Position numbers and translations under genes: made by a program. Below are positions 11,712 to 22,365 of a stretch of DNA of 55,512 nt, piece by piece; positions within the stretch are counted from its first letter, which is position 1; each line of letters begins with the position of its first letter. The DNA is taken from NCBI GenBank assembly GCA_003427395.1, contig BFEA01000039.1, positions 3,081,152-3,136,663 on the forward strand, in the 5' to 3' direction. The stretch comes from Chara braunii (taxonomy: Eukaryota > Plantae > Charophyceae). The notes beneath the pieces are model-generated. The model was not told the origin of the DNA and searched no databases. It worked only from the letters and a program-made list of their open reading frames with translations.

Positions 11712-13195
11712 TGTATAGTAAATATTACTTACTATCTCACTATGCGCCCTTATTATTTGTTATGATGTTATTTTTAATTGTTTTGTGATGTATTGAAATA
11801 TTCTATTTTTTATGACTATCAATGAAAAGTTTCTCTTATCTTGAAATGTTATTTTTTTTAACATATCTCTCATTATGCTTACTTCTATTTAAATATAAAA
11901 GTAATGATAGATTTAAATTTTTACTATCAGTTTTAAATAAATACATAAATTAAAAATTCATAGCGCACTTAGAGGTAAGGTATTACCTACAAAAATAGAT
12001 GCATCCATGCTAGAGATTACCGTATCTCCTATTGTAATTCCACGAGGGTATAATATATATCTTTTTTCTCCATCTTCGTAATTTACTAAACATATATGGG
12101 AATTTCTATTAGGATCATATTCGATACTTAGAATCAATATATGATATTTATGATTATTGATCAGAATTATAATAGCAAATAATAATAAATAGCTACTTAA
12201 TTATTTACTTCTTTGACACCCCTTTATCCCTCCAGTCGGTCCCAGGGTCGGGACCCGACAACAAAACCAAAAGGGATAATCCTACCAATCCCTCAACCTC
12301 TTGGTGCTCCATTGTCGTTGGTTGCTGGTCTCGATCCTCGAACCTGTTGCATAGTAGTGAAATATCGTAACCAATAGTGGTATGCCCAAGGCTGGTGCGG
12401 GCATTAGCAAAAACCCATATAAACAGGTCCCCGTTACTGCGCAGCCTTACCGAGATGCCCCTATACCACACCCTGGCCTACTGGTCGGGCCACCGACCAC
12501 CAAGGCTAACGTCATTGTCGTGCGGGAGTCCGGTACTACCTACGGCTTGTTACTATATATGGCGAAATATTTTAGTCAAATTCATAACTTTTTAATCATG
12601 GATTCTAAGTTTTTTTAACCATCAGTACGCAATAAAGAATCACTCGCGCCTTAAACTCGTGCATCTACACACTCCCTACTCTCACCTCGTGTGCCCCCGC
12701 TGTCTGACTACAAGGAGTTGGCCGCTAGCCGTGCGACACTTACGTAAATATCCACCTCTTATTCCACGTCAAGTGCAACGTATGTGAGGTGCAAATATAC
12801 CCGTGTAAAGGTATTCACGTCGGCAATGTCTATGGGCAGAGAAGTGGATTCGTCCAAGAAGAAAATCATGACTGCGGGTTAGGCAGGTACTATGGGTCCT
12901 CTGACTTCCAATAGGTACATCAAACAAACCAGTTGGATCTCGCCGGTATCACCTATAGGCTTTAACGTTGTAAGTTGTTGTTTAGTCACCTGTCCCCCAA
13001 TCAATATCAATAGATGGGTAATCAACTCCCATACGGTCAGTATCCGCCGATTTGGACCTTACCACTTAGCGTGCTCACTGAGTCACTCCGACTGGATTCG
13101 ATAAACATCGGGGTTAATAACTACTCTAACATACTCATCGGTCGTTTCAATCGTGTTTGGAGCGAGATCCTTGGTAGAACTCTGTCAATGTAACA
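11712..13195 (+). mobile_element. Candidate LTR (3' or solo)
   Basis: Short purine tract aaggggga (11704-11711) directly followed by TG; abrupt AT-rich shift; ctatatat (~12553) then aataaa (~12631); possible CA ends at 13187 or 13195. No second copy in the window. Confidence 0.3.
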
Positions 13196-13217
13196 CTTAA
13201 AAAAAACTCACGTAGGA

Positions 13218-13243
<26 letters not shown>
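13218..13243. repeat. Poly-T tract (possible minus-strand retroposon poly-A tail)
   Basis: T26, followed by a small stem-loop ttgctcc...ggagcaa. Confidence 0.6.
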
Positions 13244-13248
<5 letters not shown>

Positions 13249-14956
13249 TTGCTCCAATCTATTAGTGGGGAGCAACATGTGCTGGGAACCGGGCCTAGCG
13301 TCCTTTACAATTGGAATACATTGATGATTAATAAAAATTTGGGATGATTCATGAATAATTTAGGATGATTGAGATAATAAGCTAGAGATTGATGCTGACT
13401 ACTCGGAATGCTTATCTACTCAGATCTCACATAATACCCTAACCCTAATCCCAGATCTTCATACTAACCGGCCAGCCTTTACCAAGTCAATATTGTATAC
13501 TAACCAAGCCTACCTGGTCTCACACCCCAATCTAGTTAGGTTACCGGGCAGCGCCACCCACCCTAGCGCTGACCCTCGTCGGCCAGATTGTTGTCTTTGG
13601 TCAAGTATTGTATTTGCCTTTCACCCTCAACAATCCCCAGATCTTTATCCAAGGCCTCAAGCTCCTTATGAAGGTTACAGGGCGATGCCCCAACGTCGGC
13701 CAGTGTCGTTCTGGTTTCTACTCAACTGGGGCAGGAACACAATAAGAACTCAATTAGGAAACCAGCTAAACTAGAATATAACCTAAGAATTCGGATCTGA
13801 TAATAGTGGGATCCTGAGCAGACAACCAATCTGATGATGATGATAATGATGATGTTGATGATGATGATACTTGATGTTGATTGACCCTCCCCTGTCCACC
13901 CCTCCTCTTTTCCCCTCTTACCACCCCTCCTCTCCCTCGCTGCCTCTGCTAATCAGAACCACTTTGTTGTTGAGCGGTTACTCACAGCCCCATCAATAGG
14001 AAAGTTTCCCTCTACCCTACTCCCCACAAAGAAGGTTGTTCCCCCAAAAAAACAACCTCAATCTATCTTTGTCCTACTCTGTCACCGCTAGTACGTGATG
14101 CTTCGCCTTCCATCTCTCCCAGCTCCAGGGTTAGACATTCTTCCTTGTCCACCCTTATTCCCTGTAGGCAAACGTTTCCCACCTTGTGTTTCCCCTGCAG
14201 AAAAGAGCTCTCCCCACTCAATCCTCTTTGTCCTCCACGTCAACAACCTTGTGGGGAGGATTTTCATAACCTCAAGTATAGAAAAAAACAGGGAAATAAG
14301 AATAGAGAAGTTGATGATGATGATGATGATGAAGTTAATGAGAATGAAGACTTTTCCTTCCCCCCCCCCTCCCTCCCCTCCCCTCCCCTCCTACTTTTCA
14401 CGTTGACACTTCACTGAACAGAAGTGCCCTGATCAAGAGCAGTCCTCATCAGCCCCAACTAGGGTCATACCCACTCCTCCCATTCTCCCTACAAGGCATA
14501 CAACTCCCCCAAAAGTATGCCTCGATCAAACGTTTGCCCCAATCTGTTACTGTTGGGATATAATCCCATCCCCACATTAGTACAATCCCCAAAATTTGCC
14601 CTCACTCCCTACAGGATAATCACCTCCCGCCTTGTGATGCCCCTGCAGAGAAAGGCTCTCCCCCAACTTACCATCTCACCAGAACCAAATCATTAGTTCA
14701 CGAAGGGACAATTAGAAAAGAGAAAATAAAACTCCATGAAGATGACAAGTGATGATGGCGGTGAGAAGTGCCCTAGGATGAAGAACATAACGAATTGGTT
14801 AATGAGAAGAAGCAACGCACTGATAAGGAAGACCCACCTCACCCTGATGATGTCAACAATCAACGTGAAGATGGCGAGAAGTGTCATGCAGAATGATTGA
14901 TTTTACAACGCCCTAGAAGAGCGTGATGATGACGGTAGCGCACTCTGCAATTAAGG

Positions 14957-14957
<1 letters not shown>

Positions 14958-15004
<47 letters not shown>
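14958..15004. repeat. Poly-T tract (~47 nt)
   Basis: Direct read of the sequence. Confidence 0.9.
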
Positions 15005-15007
<3 letters not shown>

Positions 15008-15734
15008 TACTAGTATTTCCACCAGTGTTGGAAAATTACGAGCTTTTGCCAGTTCCCGAAGAAATCGGGGGTGGAACAAGGGTCAGCAATGTCCCATAAA
15101 CTGTAGTTTTCATTTAATACTCGTGCACGAAAGGAAAAGGGGAAAAAAAAACCTTTGTACTGCAATGATGTCGGGCAGGGTAGTATAGGAGGCCGTGCTC
15201 ACAGTCTTGAATGCATCTTACAACAAAGACGGTCACATTCATAAACTTTTTGATTTCTTTTTTTATTTCTTTTTCGTTTGTTACGAGTCACCTGCCAACG
15301 AGGCAGGGAGGAATCCGTGATCTGCTCTAGCTGTGTTTCCTCAGAGGATTGTAAGTTGTAACCCTGATGTATCCATCCATTTTCAACACCGAATCCATGT
15401 TTCCGTTTTCTTTTTTTCTTGTTTTATTTTTCTGGAATCTGACAATCTGATCTGCTCGAGCAGTGTTTTTTCAGAGGATTGTAACCCAGATCACACTTGC
15501 ACTTAGAGGAATGTATCTTGCCATTTTCACGCTCGAATATGTGTTTCTGTCTTTTTTTTGGGGGGGGAGTTGTTGGAATCTAACTTGGCCACGGGGCTGA
15601 GATGCCCTCACTTAGGGAACACTCACACTACCACTTCCAAGAATGTATACAACTGCAATCACGGTCATAGCTTTGTTTCCTTTTCTTGTTTTGTGAGTTT
15701 CATGACCACAACTTTCTTCTTTTTTTCTTCCTGT

Positions 15735-16030
15735 AATTGACATTTCGTTAAAACTGACATTTTTTTCTAAATTCACGAAAGTGGACTTAGTCAAAATTTC
15801 ATTGCTCATCGGGTGAGAAACTGGTTATCTCACTTTGTCCATCTGATGTACCTCAACGTAAAGTAACGTTAACATACATCCGATAGTTAGATCATCGACA
15901 GTCTCCACGAAACCTGATGATGTGATCATCCGACGTCATGAGGACAAAAAAACACTAAAAAATGTTGTTTTTTTGTATGCTCGATTTCGTGAATTTAGAA
16001 AAAAATGTTAGTTTTAACGAAATGTCAGTT
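15735..16030. mobile_element. MITE-like element with ~43 bp terminal inverted repeats
   Basis: tgacatttcgttaaaactgacatttttttctaaattcacgaaa (15738-15780) is the reverse complement of 15985-16027 with one mismatch. Tentative 4 bp TSD ctgt at 15731-15734 and 16031-16034. Confidence 0.75.
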
Positions 16031-16712
16031 CTGTGAGAGTACCATAAAGAAATGGAGTGGGACCCATGTTCGGTAAACTCGGAGCACAGTGAAAATCAGA
16101 GTCGGCAAAAACATGCTCGAAGGTACTAATGGTTAAATGTCATTGTGCTATTGAGCGCACAACAACATGATGAAGATGATGCTGATGATGACTACATTCA
16201 TTGACCAGTGATGCCGATGGCATCGTAGGGGAAAAAAATGTTGATAAAGAAAATAACCGCCCAATAGCAATACTGAGTGATGATAACCTGCAAGAGAAAG
16301 AACAAACAATAAAACAAGGAAACAGTCGGATGAAGAATAACTCTCCTAATGATGACCTCCCTGATGAAGAGCATCACCCCTAATGATGATCTTCCTCATG
16401 AAGAGCAACTCCCCTAATGATAAACTCGTTGATGAAGAACAAGTGCATTCCTGATGACTCGGATGATCTCCCTGTTGATAATGATGTCCAGCTTTGTGAT
16501 GATGCTGATGAATAACTCCCTGATGATCTCACTCCACAAACTTCAATCGTATGATAATCCTCGTACTTTAGTTAACCAAGGGCTAACTCCAGCCTACTTC
16601 ACCGACGTCAACATAGCCAACAATGCCAAGGCTCTACGCCAAGTACAAGAACGCAGTTGTGGCAATGAAGCTTCAATGTGAAACTCATATAAATCCCACA
16701 AGCCAGATCGTC

Positions 16713-16737
16713 TGCCACGTCAGCTTGCGACGTGGCA
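16713..16737. promoter_or_regulatory. Inverted pair of G-box/ABRE-like ACGTGGC motifs
   Basis: TGCCACGTC-agcttgc-GACGTGGCA, perfect 9 bp arms. Confidence 0.35.
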
Positions 16738-18116
16738 TGATCAAGCACCTCTGGTCCCCACGCGTACGCTAAGCGTTGGAATGTAGGAAGATAACCACCA
16801 TATCCGCCTCACACCATCTCACTCAACAATACCCACAGTAGCTCAGCGCTCGCACCAAGTCAGCGCTCACACTTGTGCATGTTCCAATCGCAGCGCCCGC
16901 CTTCGCATGGTGCTATCGCAGTGCTCGCGGCAGCAGCCCATGCGACATTCGCTCACACCAGCAGTGCAGCAACGCCGCCGCCCTGCGCTCCATCGTGTTG
17001 CAACCTGAGTGCAATCAATTTTCTTGGGCGCCTTGCCTCTGGTTCCCCAACTCATGAATGATTTCTGACGAGGGGTTATTGCTTTTGGGAAAGCAGGACC
17101 AATGGAAGACCCTCTCTTCCAAGTCACCACTGGCGTAGGATTTTTGACGTAGGATTGTTGAACTAGAGCACACAAAACATTTGATAAATTGGGTCCTAGC
17201 GGGGCGGTGGTCGAAGTGCATTGCATCTGAAAAGATGGGAGAGAGGCGACTGGGTTCAGGTTGACCAGCTCAAGATCACTTTGAGACGCCTATCATTGGT
17301 AAGTAAGAGGCTGAGGAAATTCTCTGCAACAATCCCAACACATTGGCTAGATCTCCTCCGCTGTCGGTGCGAATACCCTTACAAGGGTATCCGCCCAAGT
17401 TTTTTTCAAGTGTCAGAAAATAAGTTTTGTTTGAAATTTGATAATACCGCGCAAGGCGCGGCTGCGTGTTGTGTACGCTGATTGATTGATCGACCAAAAG
17501 TAGAGAGTGTGTGGGCTCGTAAACTTAAGGCGCTCGTGATCTCGTTTCCCTTTAATGATTGTGAAATCGACGTTGGTTGCCGACAAAATTTTTATTTCTG
17601 ATTAAGTTAGGATTAAAAAGATTTTGTTTCTGGACTGACACACTTGCCTGTGACTTGTGCGTACGTGTGGAGGACGACATCAACAACAATGTGATTTTGA
17701 AACATTTCGGTAGATCGGCACGTTGTGCAGTATCCGCTTATTTAGATGTTCATCAATACTAGACTTAGCCCTGGGCCTAGTACTATTGGTTGCGGTGTCT
17801 GACTTTCATTTGAGAGATTGGGGAATCGAAGCTAGCGAGCGATGGTACAGGAGCATGGGAGCGACAAGAGGGAAACCAACGGGTTGAGGGTCCGACGAGG
17901 CTATCCCAGTGTAACGCTGGTCCACAACGTTACACACCGAGACCGAGAAGGTATTAGTAAACCCCATTTTTCCCTTCCCCTCGCCGTGCGGTTTTGCTTT
18001 AATTTTGTGGTGATTATTTTATTCCTATTTAATGGTTACTAGGCCAGATGTCAGACCGAGTCGTCCGGGACCTGGTACGTTAGGGATGATTGGAGAAACT
18101 CCTTTATCCTACTCAT

Positions 18117-18420
18117 CTTGAATCACGAACGGTCATTTCGTCAAAAATGACATATTATATTTTTTGAAAGAAATTGAAATTGAGTTTTTGGGCCGAAATC
18201 CGGTCCAAATTTTTGGCTCTGGGGGGTAGAACGTCGGACCCCCTAGATGTATCTGACCTCAAGCAGAGACCAAATACATCTAAGGGGTCCGGCGTTCTAA
18301 GAACGACGGACCCCAAGGAGTCAAAAATTTGGACCGGATTTTGGCCCTAAAACTCAATTTCAATTTTGTTTAAAAAATATAATGTGTCCGTTTTGACGAA
18401 ATGGTTGTTCACGGGTCGAG
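18117..18420. mobile_element. Foldback/MITE-like element forming a ~135 bp hairpin
   Basis: gaacggtcatttcgtcaaaa...ccggtccaaatttttg...agaacgtcggacccc.tagatgtat pairs with atacatcta.ggggtccggcgttct...caaaaatttggaccgg...ttttgacgaaatggttgttc. Confidence 0.8.
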
Positions 18421-18828
18421 GAGCTCAACGTGCATGCAAGCCGGGGTGGGTTTAGCCCATGAGGATGAAGGGGCCTGAGCGGCAGGGGCCTGAGCGGCAG
18501 GGGCCTGCTGCCGGCCTACTATCCGCTGACTGGCGGTCTGCTGTGTGAGGTTCGTGTGTGAGTATGTTTGCGGAGGCCGACAGGTTACAGGTTGACCCTG
18601 AGCGAAGGTCGTAGCAGCACCCGGGCGGAGTCCTGGCAGCTATTTTCATGGGACCCCCTCTGCCTTGGCCTTCGTGTCCCCTCTGAAGGTCGTTACAACC
18701 ACCGAAATTTGTATTGAGGACTCGCCTCACCTAGGCTCACTTCACAAGCTCTGTGGTAAGCCCTGCGCCTCCACTCGTTACCCACAAGCGGTTATCGGGT
18801 AGCTGAAAATTCAGGAATGAAAATTCAG

Positions 18829-19100
18829 AAGTGAGAGTTTTGGGCAGTCTGAAAATCTTGAATGGTCCTGAAGTGGTGAAAGGTCCGAAGACCTTGAAAA
18901 CCACCTGTTTAGGCAGACTGCATCCTCAAGTAGTGAAGGGTGGTTTTCATGGTCTTCGGACCTTTCACCACTTCATGACCATTCAGGATTTTCAGACTGC
19001 CCAAAACTCTCACTTGACCTGAATGGTCCTGAAGTGGTGAAAGGTCCGAAGACCCTGAAAACCACCTGTTTAGGCAGACTGCATCCTGAAGTGGTGAAGG
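18829..19100. repeat. Inverted triplication (A, inverted A, partial A)
   Basis: 18829-18906 is the near-perfect reverse complement of 18939-19016, and 19018-19100 directly repeats ~18858-18940. Confidence 0.9.
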
Positions 19101-21119
19101 GTGTCCTGAAGTGGTGATGAAAAATACGACTGTTATTAACCTTCTCTCTCGTTACCGTGTTGAAGCTCATTGCGACGGATGGATGTAGGCTGCGTGAGTC
19201 GACACTTTTTTCCAAGGCTGACTGCTTCGACAGAGGAGTAATAGCTCACATGAGCTTTAATCTTTTGTGAACGGTGTTCTGCTCGCTGAACTGATTGTCG
19301 CCTCTTGCGGGGTATGGATTAACGCACCGTAACGCAAAACGGGAGCAGAGGAAAGTGTGGGAAGGGTGAAGGCAGGCGGAAGGAAGGTGTACAGAGGAAG
19401 AAAAAAGAAGTCAGAGAAACTCGCAGACACCAAGACCAAATCCGGGTGGAAGTCGGGGCAGGTGCATTCGGCAATAAGGAAGGCGGAATGGAGTGAGGGT
19501 GAGTTATGGTAGAGATTGAAAGTGTATACCTTGCTCCTTTCTTGATGAAAATGAGCGGAGGAAGATAGTAGGTAAGGGATTTGGGCCTAGGCGAACACAG
19601 ATATGAAGTTAGTTTTCGAAGAAAATTAATAAAATCGGAGGTTAAAAGAAGAAAGTCTGAGTTGAGTTATGACGGGAATAGAGATAGAGGAAGGAGAGAA
19701 ATCGGGAACACTACTCGATTTTCGGTATAATCGATCGAAAATGAGGTTTTAAATTAAAGGTTTTAAAGGTAGGCGATCTCGAATTTGGAGTCGGATCGGT
19801 CAGACAGTTCGTAGAATAGCAGGTAGTAAGAAAATGAGGTGCGCAAGGTTATCGAGAGTGTGGATATGGCGGGAGTGAGGAGTATAAATTTCAGTCGATT
19901 TTTGGTAGAATTGGGTGAAATAAAGTGTTAAGCAATGATTTTGCATTCCTACGAAGCGAATGACGGGGTCAGTTTTGGCAGAGAGATGTTAGTTTAGCGT
20001 GGCAAAGAGTAAAGGGCTGCGTGATGGACCTACGAGAAAAGGGACAGGAATAGGCACGAATCTCTCCACATATTAGCGAAAGATTCATTTTGATTTCGCT
20101 CATTTAAACAACGGAAATGGTATGAGTCTAGCCTCGGGGTTACAGACTTACATATTGCCCTGCTCATTGATCGTCCTTTCGATGGGAATAGGGTCTCTCT
20201 ATCTCTTTGTACACGCGGCAAGGATAGCGGCGTACTCTTCCGCCTTTATGCAAAAGATCCGTACGCATCAACGAATGGGTAACCAGCGACATCGTACTAC
20301 GTAGTGTCGACGATACCTCTTCGAAGACGTGGTGGCTCTCCGCACCATAGTAATATGGACTGCATCCCTCTCGGTTGTAGTGCCCGCCAGCACGATCACC
20401 TCCGCTGTACAGACCGACTTTTTGACATTATCGGTCACAGCGGGGAATGATGCATCCTCGACTTTACCTTCCTACATGCGGCTTGGGGCGAATGAACTTA
20501 TCGAATAACTAGCCTGGTGCACATAAAACAAGGGGACAAGTAAGGAGGAGGGTCGTGGGTACGCACTTGGTTTAGCAACGGACTACAAAGACAATATCCT
20601 CATGCACTCCGGTTGCTGCTATTAACGCTAACAAGAAGCACTGTCGATTCGTAGACTACTGGTAGTTGGCCAGTGAGCGCTAAGTAGGGAGGGTATGCAT
20701 TGCCCGAGTACAATCATTCGAGACTGAATAGTTGAGGCTTAGCCAGAGGGGGGGGCACCGCGGATGTTGTGGGAGGAGCCTAGATTCTGCTATGGGACAA
20801 TGAGAGTCTGAGAAACGACCATTACTGCAATTTGGAGGGTTGGTCAGTGGGTTGTTACAGTGTGCTTGGGCTATTACAATGTAAATTGTGCTCCGTGGTG
20901 CGTTTACACCGCGCTAGCTATGCATTCTGCTGAGCTACGGAGCGCATTATTAGGCCTATGGAGTGCAACTCCATAGTCTTAAGGTTTGAATAGGGCACAA
21001 GGGGGGTCATGTTCTACTCAAAGACAGTCCTCCCAGATTGTACGAAGAGGGTTATTTCAACGATTTGGAAGATCGTAAGGAGAGTCAACGTCAGTTGACT
21101 AAGCGGTTGTGCATTTTGG

Positions 21120-21381
21120 TCACCATTGCGGGACCCTCAGGCGCATGAAGGTATCAAGGTCCGCTCCTGCGAGTTGAGTTAGTCTATCTCCTGTATCTCG
21201 AGAGTTTGAAACCCCTCAGAGTCCTTCTGCCCTTCTTAATTTCGGTATAATCCTGTTCAGAGAGGAAGGCATCAGGCGGGATTGCAACATGTAGGACCGC
21301 ATCAAGACTGTGTGGGGAGTCTGCCCACCGATTGTGGGAGCTCTGCCGAAACTCGGGAGGAGTTTTAGAGGCAGGAAACAA
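21120..21381 (-). pseudogene. Small unknown ORF remnant in copy R
   Basis: FPASKTPPEFRQSSHNRWADSPHSLDAVLHVAIPPDAFLSE..IKKGRR..GFKLSRY, then after a frameshift TQLAGADLDTFMRLRVPQW*; homolog of 9060-9320. Confidence 0.6.
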
Positions 21382-21660
21382 AGAGGTAAAAGTTTCATCC
21401 TCCTTCTATAAACCCCGTTATAACCCCTATTTGTACATCCTTCTACAGTTTCACTGAGTGTATTGGATGCATCCCATTATTGTTTTTTTGAGTTTAACTT
21501 TCATAATATAACTCAAATTTAAGTAAAAGAAAACATGCACAACCTCACTTTTAATTTTATTGTTTGACTGAAAGTAGATTGTAAAAAGAGTTTGCATATT
21601 GGGGAAGGATGGGAGGAAGATGGTCTTGCCTGTGTCTGACTGAGTCAACCAAAGGGTGGG

Positions 21661-22365
21661 AGAGTCTCCATAAGTTTGGAGGGTTCAATTCTATGTGTAT
21701 TTTTTATTGCATGGAGGACCAGACAAGTTTCCATAAGATTGCATGGTCTAGTTGCTCTGACTTGTGATTGAATTTTTCAGAGACCAAGCAGACTTCCAGA
21801 AGTTTGAATGACTTGATTGCCTTGCTTCCTTCGGGTTTTTCATGTTTTAGTGGTTTCTGAAAAAAAGTTGAGCATGTTCAATAAGATTGGATGACTCCAA
21901 CTCTTCTTATTTTATTCTGGGGGGAATTCAGGCTAAGGACTGGACATGTTTCCATAAGATTGGATGGTCTGGTCTAGAGCCACGCACATGCTGGAACCAC
22001 ACTGATAAGTTTATTTATATTTTTATATTATTTTACTTATGAACAAGTTAGTCAGACATGTTCCCATAAAATTGGATGGTCTTACTATAGCTTATCACCA
22101 GCTGAAGAGAGTAGCAACTAAGAGTAAACTTATGGTAAGAAGGGGCTTGCTGAACGTTGATTTCAGTTCAACGGTTTAGTCATATGTTACCTTAAAAGAC
22201 TAAGTGCAAACAAATATATATAACTTGGATACTTTAAACAGTTCGTGGCGACTAGGTTGGACAACCTAGTCATATGCCAAAGGAAGAGAAGAATTGTAGT
22301 GCCTTGTGTTTGTGTATATCCAATGGCTGAGTTAAAAAGTCTTCCATAAGATTGGATGGTCTAAC
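21661..22365 (-). repeat. Array of ~7 dispersed repeats (plus-strand consensus AGACATGTTTCCATAAGATTGGATGGTCT) with unique spacers
   Basis: Copies at ~21661, 21721, 21789, 21871, 21942, 22054, 22337. Confidence 0.85.

Noticed and set aside
13434-13452. Interstitial telomere remnant
   Set aside because: Only two to three imperfect CCCTAA units.
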